Of a DNA stretch of 64,000 nt, positions 36,866-51,100 are shown in pieces. Position numbers and translations under genes: made by a program. The notes below the pieces were generated by a model. That model searched no databases. It saw nothing but the letters and a program-made list of their open reading frames with translations, and was not told the origin of the DNA. Origin of the DNA: Eledone cirrhosa (Eukaryota); NCBI GenBank assembly GCA_964016885.1, contig OZ024756.1, positions 25,482,001 to 25,546,000 on the forward strand. The letters run 5' to 3'. Positions within the stretch are counted from its first letter, which is position 1. Every line of letters begins with the position of its first letter.

Positions 36866-37883
36866 TATTTAACAACAAATATATTCTAAATTTTGACCAG
36901 ACGGTTGTTTCATAGCTATATTGTAATATATAAGACGGGAATAGAATGGGACTCTCTGGACTATGAGGCACTTGGCTGCAGCCCACATAGCCCATATGTA
37001 TATTTGGTATTGGACAGGGTATATAAATATCTCTGGCTGAAAAAAATATACTTCACTTAGCTGCTACATATCAAAAATATTGTTGGGGTATGCATGACCT
37101 AATGGTTTGGGTGCTGGGCTCAAGATTGGAAATCATTGTTCAATTTAGATATAATTACTGTTATAAGATGCAGTTTTTTCTACCCAAAGATTTTGTGTCA
37201 AAATTTATTGGCATCCTATACACTAAAGATATAAATATAATAATAATATACCTTTACCCTGAACCTTTTTCTTCAAAATAAAAGTGTTTCTTATTATCGT
37301 CATCATCATCATCATCATCATTTTACATCTCTTAATAACCACACATATGCAATATTACTTTTAGCATAATTAACTACATCACATTACAAATTAGTTTTTA
37401 CTCTTATATTGCAAATTTTCATAATGATCTGTCCACTACTAAAGACACTATAAACATTTGAATTAACAACCCTGTTTTTAGACATTTTCTGCTAAATCAT
37501 TACAGGATGTTCAAAGTTAATCCACCAATATTCTGTAGATAACAATGTGGCCTTAAATATTTTACTTTAGATATTTTTATCTCACATACAAGATGTATTT
37601 TGACTGTCTGGTTCATCATCATCATGTATTGTTTGTTTTATATTTTTACTGGTTTCGGTCATTAGACCACAGCCATGTTGGGGCACCACTCTGAAAGGAT
37701 TTAGCCAATCACATCAAACCCAGTTCTTATTCTTAAAGTCTAATACATATTTTATCGATATATTTATTCATTTTTCCAAACCTCTTTGGGAAATTGGGTG
37801 ATGAGAGATCTCCATTCAGCACAGTCGCCTATTTTTAGGCCATTCTTGTTAATGGTACGCTTATGTCTGTTATATTGTAGAAC

Positions 37884-37914
<31 letters not shown>

Positions 37915-38726
37915 TATGCACACACCCCAGAGCTTTCACAGACACACTCCTCTCTTTCTCTACATATGTGAATGTATGAATATATATTTATGTTTGTGTA
38001 TATATTGGTTTGAGGGTAGTAGTGTGTTAGATAAAATACCTTGCAGTATTTAGTTACATCCCTTTATATTTGGGGGTTCAAAAATTGCCAAAGACAAGTT
38101 TATTTTTCTTGCTTGGGGTGTGGAAGTCCGGTATAATTAATTCTACCTCCCCGTTATGAATTTATAGCTCTGTGCCTATACTGAAATAAAATTATCATTA
38201 TTATGGCAATGGCTGAGTTCAAATCCCGCCGAGGTTAGCTTTGTCTCTCATCCTTATGGGATTGATGAAATAAAGTACCAGTAAGGCACTGGGGTCGATT
38301 TAATTGACTTTCCTCTCCCCAAAAATTGTCGGCCTTGAGCCTAAATCAGAAACCATTATTATGGCAGTGGATTGGCAGAGTTGAATTACTAACTTAGTAA
38401 TAAAATAAGAGATGGGCTCCACCAGGTTTAAAATGCCTTCAACCCCCTGTATGTCACTACAGCACTCCTACGACTCCAGGAATTACAAGTTAATACATAC
38501 ATACAATGAGACAGTAATAATTTTAGTAATTCCCTCCAAATTCATTATTATTTAATTGAAATAGTGTTTTTCATTAGAAATATGGTTATGAAAGGGTTAA
38601 ACAAAATCAATAAACTCTCCTCCCTTCAAGGGAAACCACATATTTATATCACTATGACTTTCTTTACTTTCAGGCTCTCTTTCTCTCTTGATTTATCTAT
38701 CCCTATATCAGTCTACCTATCTACAC

Positions 38727-39018
38727 TAGTTGTTCCCAACCTTTTGTGCACGATGCTCCATTTCAGCATCTCAAAAATTGTTATGCCTCCCTTTGATATG
38801 AAAACAGCAATGATCAGGTATAAAGTGTAAACAAATTGGCGTATAGGTGGTGCCAGATGCACAATGTGTGGTAGAGGTGAGACAGGAGTTTCCGACAGTA
38901 ATTTGTACCAAAGTTGCCTTGGTGTAAAAGTGATAGGTAAAACCTGAAGTTTGTTCTCATTAACATCATTATCAAGTTGCCCCTCTGTGGAGCAAGCACC
39001 CCATGTTGGGAATCACTG
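38727..39018. mobile_element. hAT-type MITE
   Basis: tagttgttcccaac ... gttgggaatcactg TIRs with approximate 8-bp TSD atctacac / atctacta. Confidence 0.6.
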
Positions 39019-39117
39019 ATCTACTATCTTTATCTTAACCCATATCTCTATATATATGCATTCGTGATGGTGAACCAGAAAGTTCATGAAAGGGAACATT
39101 TAAAAGAAGGGCTTTTG

Positions 39118-39156
<39 letters not shown>

Positions 39157-39509
39157 TGTGTGCATTGGTTAAATCCTGTAAAAAAATTTTTTTTTTTCAT
39201 ATTGTAATTAACATCATTTAACTTCCAATTTCAGATAGTGTTGGAGAGTATTGTAATTATCATTGTAGACCTAATTAAGAAGCTTATTATTATAATGTGG
39301 TGAAAACAGGCAGATTACCACACTTTAAAAATTATTAATGATCATACAGTATTGTTTAGTTTCAGTTGTCTTTTGCCTTTCATTTCATTCACTATCACTA
39401 AAATATATACTAAGTACCAGTTTCATACTGTGGGTGGAGGTTGATTTAATTTACATATGCCTCTCTTGTGCCAATCGATGTATAAAAAAAATTACCATTA
39501 TTTTTATTA

Positions 39510-40380
39510 GGGCAGTGGATTGGCCGAGTTGTTAGAGGATTGGACAAATGCTTAGTAGTATTGTTTTCGGTTCTTTACATTCTTGAGTTCAAATCCTGCC
39601 AAACTTTGCCTTTCATCCTTCCAAGGTTGACAAAATAGAGTACCAGTTAAGTACTGGGATTGATATAATCGACTTTACCTTTCCCTCAAAATTACTGGCC
39701 TTGTGCCAAAATGAAAAACTATAATTAAGGGGAGGAGGATCAGCAGTATCGGTAGAGTGTCAGACAAAATACTTTGTGGTATTAAGTTAATAAGACTTTC
39801 TCCATTCTGAGTTCAAATCCAGCTGAGGTCAGCTTTGACTTTCATCCTTCCGGGGTTGATATAATCGACTTTCCCCTTACCCCAAAATTGATGACTTTGT
39901 GCCAATGCTAGAAAGAATTTGTATTTTCTTCTATTAAGAAAGCTGATGGAGTATCAAAGCAAACCTAAATGCCTTACTTTCTACAGTATTTACTTCTCAT
40001 TCTCTACATTCTGATTTCAAATCCTACTCGGGGTGGTTTACTTTACCTTTCAACCATCCAAGAATAAAGAACCAGTCAGAAACTGGGTGTTGGTGGATAG
40101 CAATTCAAACAGCCATAACCCTTTTCCCCAATAAAACTGTGGCCTTGTGCTAATCAGTATAATGGAATCATTATTATTATTATTATTATTAGGGCAGTAG
40201 ACTAGCAGAATCATCAGAGCATCGGACAAAATGCTTTGTTATAGCCCTTTATGTTCTGATTTTAAATCCCGCCGAGGTCAATTTTTCCTTTCATCTTTCC
40301 AGGGTCAACTTAATCGACTTTCTCTTCCCCACAAATTGCTGCCCTTGTACCTAAATTAGAAATCATTATTATTGTTATTC
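39510..40380 (+). mobile_element. Four head-to-tail SINE copies
   Basis: Four successive heads (39510, 39728, ~39940, 40192), each with ttcaaatcc, a ttt.ccttt body and an ending ttgtgc/ttgtac. Confidence 0.75.
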
Positions 40381-40572
40381 AACATTATATATATATTAGT
40401 TATTCTTTATATTCCAAACTTTCAATAAGTGTTTTTAAAGAAATTTCTAGTCTTATTTATCGAGATGAAACTTTTAAAAAAATATGTAATCAATAACAAG
40501 ATTTGTCTCCTCTTGAGTCTATATCTAAAATTATTTTTAAAAAATGTTTTTTGAATCAAGTTAATTTTTGTA

Positions 40573-40619
<47 letters not shown>

Positions 40620-40620
40620 C

Positions 40621-40665
<45 letters not shown>

Positions 40666-41558
40666 CAAAGATGTATATATTAAAGATATTAAACACTCTT
40701 TTACTAATTGCTATTTGTTTTTTGCTTTATTCAATTCTTTTTTCTTCTATTTGATTTTTTTTTTTTAGTATACTTTCTTACTATTGGGTATTAATGACTT
40801 CCATATATTCTCAAATATAAGCTGAGGAATATGTGGCCAAAAAATTGATGGTTAAATGGAAGGTTGGTTTATACACATCATCTATGTGTATAAGCCAATG
40901 TGTTGATTAGCTGCCTTCGTTTATAAAAGGGATTTGGATTTTCGCCTATTTTTCAGATATAAACTGAAATATAGGGTAAACTGACTATATAGGGTAAGTA
41001 TAGACACAGACATGGCTATGTAGGTAATGAGTTTACTTCACAACCACTTGGTTTGAAGTTTAGTCCCACTGTATCATTTTAGGCAAGTGTCTTCTACTGT
41101 AGCTTCAGGTTGACCAATGCTTTGTGAGAAGAATTTAACTGGCAGAAACCCATTGCAGCAAATTCCTTAATCACAGCCATACCTGCATCTATATCATCAT
41201 TGTTTAACATCAACAGGGAAAGTGGGCATTAAATGGTGATGATATAGGCGTAGGTATGGCTGTGTGATTAAGAATTTTGCTTTGTAATTGAATAATTTCT
41301 CAGAAAATAATGTTCAAGCTGAGGCTATAATAGAAAACACTTGCCCAAGGTGCCACACAATGGTACTGAACTCCAAACCATGTGGTTGCAAAGGAAACTC
41401 CTTAACCATACGGCCATGCCTGCTAACACCATGGTCAAGCTGTAAATTAGATGGTCAACAGTATAACACTCTTGTAAATGTTAGATTCAGGATGGTCAGT
41501 CTGAAAGCTAGGTCAACAGTACAGAAAAAGCAGCTGAATTGCACACTATCCTTTAGAG

Positions 41559-42712
41559 CAGGCATGTCAAACATGCAGCTCTTTACAAGCACACCTGCGG
41601 CGCGCGAACGTTTTATCTTCGTAATATAAAATTTAAAAAATTAGTCGTAAAGTGTGCAATTATTTGTCATGTGGCGCTCGGGAGATATGCAGTTTGACAT
41701 GCCTGATCTAGACTATACTGATTCTGAACTTAGCTTTGCTAAGTATGACGGTCACCTGGAATTCTTGTCAAAGGAATTTCAGGAAAGATTTTGTGATTTC
41801 TCATCTTTTGAACATCAGTTTGCATTATTCTCAGCACCATTCACCTTTGATGTTGCCAAGGCAGAAGAAAGCCTGCAGACGGAACTATTGGAAATGCAGC
41901 CAGATTCTACACTCAGAGCAAAGTATCTTGAAGTGGGGATACCTGGTTTCTGTTCATACCTTCCTGAAAAGTTTAAAAACTTCAGATAGTTTGCCACAAA
42001 GATTATATAAAAATAATAATAATGAAATTATTGTGTACAGTGCTCAGGTACACTACAACTCATCAAAGGTGCATGTATAGTACATAGAATAATGTACAAA
42101 TGTCAGGAAAATGAACAGTGTATGAGTCATGATATAATAACAATAACAATAATGAAATATTGTGTACAGTGCCCAGGTGCACCACAACTCATCAAAAAAG
42201 TGCAATGTTTGGTTCTACCTATGTGTGTGAACAGTTATTTTCCTTCATGAAATTAACAAAAACTTCTGAGAGAACAAGGCTGACTGATCAACACTTGTCA
42301 TCTTTGATCAAAGCCAGAACTGTACAGACATTTCAGCCAGACATACCAAAAGTTGTCAACAAAAAGAGGTGTCAAGCTTCAGGACAAAACACTAAAAATG
42401 GTTGAATAGTAACAAATAAATGGTCAGTTTTGAACTGTTTTAATTTTTGTACAATGCATTTGTTTCTGTTGCAAGCTGCAAGTATATGTTGCCATTTAAA
42501 ATTTTAGTTTTTTTGTCAAACCACTTCATTACTTTGTATTCATGAATGCTGCTAAAACATTTGTATGTACATTGTATGTTTCTAAATTTAAGTAACACAT
42601 TTTTCTGCAATAAATTTTATTAAATGACATTAATTAGTTGTCATGTGTGGCCCTCAGACAACACATATGTGACCCATGCAGCCCTTGGGGGATCCTCAGT
42701 TTGACATGCCTG
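41559..42712 (+). mobile_element. hAT (Charlie/SPIN/GTF2IRD2-like) transposon remnant, composite, with nested CR1 tails
   Basis: TIRs CAGGCATGTCAAAC / GTTTGACATGCCTG; TSD ctttagag / ccttagag; transposase C-terminus EFQERFCDF...F.APF and the hATC motif MFGSTYVCEQLFSFMK...RTRLTDQHL. Confidence 0.9.
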
Positions 42713-43704
42713 CCTTAGAGCTCATCCAGAACAACATGGAAGCAATAGCAGAGACATTCAGATGACCAGTGAGGATCAGTAGTATGTATACTCACATGGT
42801 CACAGACTGAGGCTTGATCAACCTTGGTTGGATCACCTGGATGAGATGAATCTGACCTTGGAAGGAAAATATCCACTAAGGATTTTGCTTCAACTAAATC
42901 TTGTTCAATTGATAACCAGTGCTAAAAACTTTTCTGAAATACATATATATGGTCTTTACCTTTCAAATTCTGAAATCTCACACTTAGGAGGAAAAGAAAA
43001 ATATGTCCTAACATTTATAGTCTGTTCCTTCAACTTCTAACAGCTTTTAGAGTGACTTCAACTGAAGGTTTTGCTTTTTCAAACCTTGACTCTGGTCAGT
43101 CAAGCCATTAATCGATGCTAAAAAGTTACTGATATGAAAAAAAAAAAAAAATCTAACAACTGACTGAGTCAACAATTCACTAAGTCAAAAAATTTTGAAC
43201 AAAACACATTTAAACCGGCCATATCCGGTCAGAATTCTCTCACTTCTTTCTGTTCAAACCGGCTGTAACCAGCTGCTCATACTGACATTTATTGTTCTCA
43301 AAATAAATAATATCAAAATGTCATAGATTCGATATTATGTGAGATAATTATGTAAGATAAAGCCTTTAGCATGAAAATACAATAGTAAATATAGAGTAAT
43401 ATTAAAGGGTTAATATGCTTTATTTGAGCTTTCAATCATTTTAAATTTTTATATTTATCGAATGTGGTTTGTTTTTAGAATGCTATGTCCAGAGGCTTTC
43501 TTTATATGTAAATAGTTACCTGGGTCTGTATACTTAATAAAGAAATTATAAGGTAATGAAACATTTGTCAAGTATGTCATCATTTTAGGTCTGGTTTCCA
43601 TGTTGGCATGGGTTGTTACAGCCTGAGACATGACATAATTAATTGGTGAATAGCTATATTTTGCTCATATGTTCCATATTTTAGCAAGGCTTCTATGGCT
43701 GGAA

Positions 43705-43945
43705 GCCAACACCTTTACAGAGTGTACTGGGTGTATTTTATCATGGCACCAACACTATCACTTTAAAGGGTGTACTGGGTGTATTTTATTGTGGCACCAA
43801 CACTACCACCTCACAGAGTGTACTGAGTGCATTTTATTGTGGCACTACCACTTCACAGGGTGTACTGGGTGTATTTATCATGACACCAGCGATACCACGA
43901 TACAGGGTGTACTGGGTGTAATTTATCGTGACACCAACACTAGAG
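43705..43945. repeat. Short array of the ~48-bp RTE-5'UTR-derived unit
   Basis: About 5 copies of tttacagagtgtactgggtgtattttatcatggcaccaacacta. Confidence 0.8.
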
Positions 43946-44462
43946 AAGATGTCAGGTCCATATTTCTGACATTGGTTCTAACTAGATCACGATCATGTAG
44001 GACTACATTATCCAATTTGAAGGGTGAAGTTGCTATTTTTAGAAAGTCGAGAAATTTCGTAGAGACTCTCCCGTTGGCTTGATTAGATACCAGTCAAATA
44101 CTAATTCAATTAAATCGCACGTGGCCTAGTGGTTATGGTTAAAACTCACGATCATAAAATCGTATATTCGACTGGGCGGTGTATTATATTCTTGATTAAG
44201 AAGCTTCACTTTGCGTTGCCTTTCGAGATTAAACTTGGGCTCCTGTTATAAAAACACTCGAGAATCCTATTAGATGCAACCTTGTAGGAGGCCAGCTAAA
44301 CCTACATAGGTGTGAGCTGTAAAATTAATTGATGGTCCCCAACAATTGTGTACCTATATTAAAAATCACAATGATTGTGTGTACGTCTTTGCAATTACAT
44401 GTATATATTTGAATATATGCGTGGTGATATATAAATGTAATTTCGACACAACTAGCGAACGT

Positions 44463-44806
44463 GGATCTTGAAAACTGACGTCCATGAATCGTAAGTACGG
44501 AACAATAGCAGACATAATTCAGATAGTAAATCTATTAATTTAAACTGTTTATGTCCTATAATGGTTTCGTGTTTCTATATATTAGGCGGTTCTTGGTGAT
44601 TCCTGGTTGCTACGCTCAATGGCTAATGGTTAGCTTGTGTCTGCTTATCATATTTAAATATATTAGATATATAAAAATACTTTTTGTCTCGCCCTCAAAT
44701 ATATACACACACGCACATTGTTATATACGTATATGTATTCATTATCTTAATTATGGCACTGATACTTTTCCATACTTATAATTCGTGAACGTCAGTTTTC
44801 GGGACC
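44463..44806. mobile_element. MITE with ~38-bp imperfect TIRs upstream of RRP1
   Basis: gatcttgaaaactgacgtccatgaatcgtaagtacggaa versus the reverse complement of ttccatacttataattcgtgaacgtcagttttcgggacc. Confidence 0.65.
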
Positions 44807-45048
44807 AAGGTAGGTTAGCTTCACTGAAGTTTCTAAAAATTAATTTATGATAAAGTCAGTTTGAAATTATATATATAATTTCAGTAAAAAAATATATTAT
44901 TAAAATCATAATTATATTTATTTTATTATTAAATTAAATAAAAAAAACACATTAACGTTATTTTTAGTTTTTTTTTAAAGTTGATAACGTGGAAGGTGCG
45001 GCTATATGTGTAGAGTTAACTCTGTTCAACAACTATTCAGTTGAGAAG

Positions 45049-45181
45049 ATGTCTTCTGTACCTGAACTTGCTCTTGAGATTCAACTTGCTCAAGGTTTAG
45101 CAGGTAACGAAGCTGGAGATCGTAATAAGACATTTGTCCTACTACGTAAATTTGTACGTTTGCAATTACCACATTTAAAAG
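45049..45181 (+). CDS. RRP1: RRP1 exon 1
   Basis: MSSVPELALEIQLAQGLAGNE; donor G|gtgagt. Confidence 0.9.
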
Positions 45182-48100
45182 GTGAGTGAAAAATATTCGG
45201 TTATTAAGTGTTTACTTCACAATTTCTCGTCCCTCGGTCGCCTAGACACGTGCTTCCACAGCTGAATTAAAAGAGAAAATTATGTTTGAAAAAGTTTGTT
45301 TATTTAATACTCTTCTGTTTTATTGTTTGTAATCATGTAACACAGTAATACTGATTTAGGGGATCAGTTAAAATATAAAATTGATTTTATTTTTTTCATA
45401 AATCGCTTTTTTTTCGTTTTTTTTTCCTTTTGCTTCTTAACCACGTCGGTCCTAAACGATCCCCCGACGATGAGCGTTCCAGTTGTTCGTTCAATCGGAT
45501 TCGTCAACTCATTAAATTAACATGCATATGGCTGAGCCTAACACCAACATTAAAAATTGACCAGAGGTTGTGGGGTTGTAATTCCAGACTAGATTATACA
45601 TCGTTTCATTTCATTTTTAAGACTACGATAGGGTTTGAAGGGTATTTGGCTGCTATTTCTAGTAGAAGAGCTCCATTGTTTGATGACCCCACTATCAAGG
45701 ACTCCTTTTAATTTAAATGAATTTTCCTACGGACCCCATCCTTACTGCAATTACTCCACACACTGCATATTGTTAGGTAATAATCAAAAGAGCGAACTGT
45801 TTATAATTAGAGAAGAAAGGATATAGTGTGTATATATTTGTAATTTAGTTTATGGATCTCAGTACCACAAACTTTACAGATCTCAGGTTGGGAACCTGCT
45901 GGTCCAGAAAATTAACACTGTTTTTAAGACATTTGAAGTTTAAGCCATGACATAAAAGGCAGTGTTGTCTTTCATTAGAAATCTGACAACGAAAGGGCTG
46001 AGGTTCTGGGCTCGATTATCGGACCGGGCTTTGCGTTTTGTTCTTGAGCAAGTCACTTTATTTCACGCTGTTCTAGTTCACTCAGCTGTAGAAATTAGTT
46101 GTGGCGTCACTGGTGTCAAGCTGTATTACCTTTTCCCTTGGACAGAATCGATGACGTGGAGACAAGAGACCGGTATGCATGGGCGACTGCTAGTCTTCCA
46201 CAAACAACCATATCCGGACTTGTGTTCACAGGGAACATTCTAGGTGCAAATCCCATGGGCATTCGTGACCTAAGGAGGTCTTTACCTTTTTTATATATAT
46301 ATCGGAGACTGTCTATCATTAGAAATATGATAACGAATGGGTTAAATGTAGTACAAACATTTTCTCCCATAATATATATTTCCTCTTCCAAATTCCAGAG
46401 TCTTTAACACAAGATGATTTCACTAAGATATGGAAAGGAATTCATTACCGCCTGTGGATGCAAGACAAACCTCTTGTACAAGTAAGTAAAACATTCCACA
46501 ATCTTCTTTGTGTGTATGTATATATATATAGGTTCACTTCAGTGAATGCTTGATGTTGTTTTTATACCAATAAATCTATAAACATTAGTATTGTTTTTCC
46601 ATGCTGGCATGGGTTGGATGGGATGTATGTGTGTGTATATATATGTTAGACGATTCTCTAAATCTTATATTAATTTCCTGAGGAGATTTTAATGTTAGCT
46701 AATTACAACTGTTTTATTGATTTAATAGATTAATTAACTAGATATAGTTGGGGTTTCCTCAACAAAGTTCCATGGCTGTGACACTGAAGATATGGATGGA
46801 GGATGGAAATTCCACTATTCAGGTGTGGCGCCAGAGAGGAGTGGGGATACTCACAAACCCCCATCTGCTCTCAAGATCCAATCCATAACACCCCAGTGTT
46901 GTGGATTGGATTCCCATTAGGAGGGAGGATTGGCCTCTTGAAGCTTAGGCTGAAAGATAGGTCTCAGTGGGTGGTGCAAGTGTATGGACCAAACAAGGAG
47001 TCCGAATACAGATCCTTCCTTGATGGAGACACTGCAGCATTAGATGTAGTTAAGACTAAGTCATATATCCTGATGGAGACTTCAATGCACATGTTGGAAC
47101 TGACCACCGATCTAAATACGAATGCAGAGGCCTTATTAGACATGTTCTACAGCAATGGACCCTATTATGAGCACCTTCCAACACAGAGACATCCATAAAT
47201 ATACATGGTATAAGGCGAATCATGGACAGATCAACAATTGGTTTTGTTATTATCTCTGATCTCTTCGATTCTGTGCTGGATGTTATTGTTAAGAAATGGA
47301 CTGAGCTGTCAACTGATCACCATCTAGTTATCTGTAATTTGAGACTACCTAAAATTGGCAAGTACAGGATAAAGTGGGAAGCTTTGGTGGATAAGGAAGT
47401 CAGGATCAGGTATGCAGATACTATTGCATCCAAATTCAGAGAAAACTGAGGATGTTGAGACAGAATGAAGATTGTTCAGCTCAGCAGTTTCTGCTTCAGC
47501 TGTGGGCGAAAGAGGCTTGGTGTGACGCCGGATAGCAGGATGACTTCTTGGTTCAAACAAGAGGTCAGTGATGCCATCCGAGCAAAGGAGACCTACAAAG
47601 CTTGGCTTAGAAATATGTCCTCCTCCTTGCACTTGCAGTAGAAGCAGGCACGAAGAATCGCAGTAGAGGGAGGAGTTTAGGGTTAAGCTGAAATCCGACT
47701 TCACATCAGCAAATAAAGTGTTCTGGCAGACCATCAGCAGACTTTGTAATACAAAGTCTTCCTCTACACTTGCTATCAGGAACGTGTCTGGGGTTCTCCT
47801 CTTTACAGAGAATACTTTGCTGATCTCCTAAACCCAATCACAACAGCATCTGGGATTGGTGGCTCATCTCTCGGAGGCTGATGTCACAGAGGTATATTCT
47901 TGTTTTGTAGACCTCGAAAAGGCATATGACTGCGTTCCTCAGTGCAGCAGTATGGGATCAATGGTTAGCTTCTTGTTGCCCTGATGTCCCTATACGAATG
48001 CCCAAGTATTTGTGTTTGGATAAATGCTGAATTGAAACCATTTAATGAACAGGATTGACATGCGCATGTGTGCTCGAAGTGGTATCACAACTGGCAGGTG

Positions 48101-51100
48101 TAAAATCAGTTGGCTGGAATTTGCAGGCGACATTGAGTTACTTAACTCGACAGGAGATCTCCGACTTGCACTTGATAGGTTTGATGTTGAGTGCATGGCT
48201 GGAATGAAAATCAGTGCTGCGAAAACCTAGACACTTGTGCCAACCCTTACTTGTGCTCAGGAATCTTGGGTAGTGACCGAAATGGGATTCTCTGAAGGGT
48301 CTTTTGAGTAACGTTACTCAATAGTGTGCATAGCTTGGAGAGTCACTCACATGAGAGCCGCTACTTTTCCTAATTGAGAGATCACAATATCTGAAAACAG
48401 GTTTGTTAATGTCATGCAATTATAGTGCCGCTTTGTTAATGTGGTTTCGTGTGGTTCAGAATTTTAATAGACTGATGCTGGTGATAAAAGATTAATTTTT
48501 CTTTGTTTCTATATTTTAGGAAAAACTTGTCGATGAAATCTGTGGACTGCTTTTCCACTTTCCAACTGAAGAATATGCAATGTTGTACATAAAAACGTTC
48601 TTTGAAACAGAAAGCCGTGAGTGGTGTGGGATAGATCAACACAGACTGGATAAATTCATGATGGTTAGTACCAGTTTCTACAAAATTCTAAGGTTATGTG
48701 ATGAAGACATTCACTTTGCTAACAGATTAATTATAAGAATGATATATTGCTAAATTCCTCTAAATTATTCATTATTGTGGCAAAAGGGTTAATATATTTT
48801 TCTGCTTCTATTTTTGTTTTTCTAGCTTGTCCGTGAATTCGTAAATTCAACATTTGTATATCTATCAAAGTCTGGCTGGAAAGTCGATCTTATAAAACAA
48901 CTAAGTGTTATATTAGAAGAGACTGTATTCAATCCAGGAAAGGCCATGCAACCTATAAGTCTTCAATTACATGTAATTGATGTTTACCCTTTAGAACTAA
49001 AAAAAGTTGTCAATGAACAGGTCAGTAGTAGAGATTATCTTCTTTTTTCCTTCTAGTTATTTACTTTTCTTTCTCTCTCCTTCGTCTATCTTTGTGTGTG
49101 TATAAATATATGTATGTGGGTGTGTAAGGTAACTGGAAGGATATCCAGCCATAGAAAACATGCCAAAAATGGGTTTTGGGGAGACTCTTCAGGTGTGTCA
49201 AGGGCATAACAATCTTCCTAGTGCTGGTGACATGATTAAACACCCCCATTATTATACTGTTAAGGAGTTGGTGATAGGATGGACATCCAGCTGTAAAAGA
49301 CATACCTGTATAGAATAGAGGTGGAGGTGTACAGTAATGGTGAGAAGTATATATATATAATATAATTCACTTTAATAACATTTATGTTGTTTTCAATGCT
49401 ATTTTAATGCTTAATGTCCTGTACCACACGAAACCTCATTAGCAAGATATTTTTGAAAAGTACAAAGCATCACTATGAATGTTTTACATTTAAAGATTCG
49501 AGTCTCTATTCTCATATTGCAAATCTTCATAACTACTGTCAACTACTAAAGATACTATAAACATTTGATTTAACAAACCACATGCACCCACATTAACAAG
49601 ACATGCTTAAAAAGTACAAACACCACTATGACTGCACCACATGAAAAATTAATGTCTACTTTAGTTTACTGCAAATTTTCACAAACATACTATAAATATT
49701 TGAATTAACAAATGTTTTTAGATATTTTCTGCTAAATCAATACATGCTAGCATGGAAGATGGATGTCAAATGATGATGATGATGATTAAGAGTTAATAAC
49801 ATTTATGTTGCTTTCAATGCTAAGAGAATTTCTTTTATTTTTAAAGCTCACTACTGACACTGCTACACATTTCTTTACTGGATTTGTAAATATTTTTCCT
49901 CACCTCAAAAAGTAAGTTTTTCACTTTCTATAACCTTGTCCTCTTTATTCTTTTACTGGTCATTAGACTGTGGCCTTGTTGGGGCACCACATTCTTTTAT
50001 TCTTTTACTGGTTTCAGTTATTAGACTTCCTCAATGCTGGGGCACCGTCATGGAGGGATTTACTGGATCCTAACTAACTTTCTCGTTATTCAGCTGTTTG
50101 AAACAACAAAATTACAAATGATGAAAACTTTTTAGATAAATATAATAAACATTTTAACCCTTTATCATTTGCATTACTCTATATATATGATTGTATTTTT
50201 ATGGTAATGGCTTTATCTTATATAATATCGAATCTACAAGATTCTGATGTTATTTATTTTGAGGGTGCTTAAATTTGAATTCAAAATTCTTTTTATAGTC
50301 CTGTTGTTGTGGCCAGTGTCATCAAGTTACTCCATACTGTCATCTTTGAGCTTGACCCTCCTAAGGATAAAAAGACAAAGAAAAGATGTATCTTAGATGG
50401 GATTGAAGAGCGAGATGCAACAGACTTTGAAAATGCAGTGACGCTCACAGTAAGTCATATTGTTTTAATATTTCAGTGTATCTGGTTTAGAATAGGTACA
50501 CCAACCATATCCCTGTTTGTCATAAGAGGCGACTAAAAGTGTGTCAAGCAGTCGAAAAGGATCCCATATAGTAAGACGTCTAAGCCTTGCTTTAGCAGGG
50601 TAAATAGCCTTAAAATGCTTGTTGTAGTGTACCCAGAGTAGCAGCTGAATGCTCTTCCTAATGGCAGCCATGTTACAAAGTGTACTGGGTGCTAAGTTAT
50701 TTGAAAATTATAGACTGTTTTTCATTAGAAATATGGTAACAAAAGAGCTTAACTTTAATCCCATTTAACTAATAACGTCCTATAGGACATGAAACCACAC
50801 CACATAGGCAAAATATTCTTAAAAAGTATAAACAACCCTTTAGATAATTGAAAATTTTCACAATGATCTGTCTACTAGTAAAGATACTATAAACATTTGA
50901 ATTAACAACCCTGTTTTAGATATTTTCTGCTAAATCATTATCGGAGTTAAAATTTGTTGTTTATTTCCAGGTCAGTCGGGAAATATTTTTAACCCATATC
51001 ATGGAAACAGCCAGTGATGACATAGGTCATTCTAAACGGCGGAAGCAATTATATGGCCTTGTCAGAAGGTAAGCATCATCATCATCATTATACATCCACA

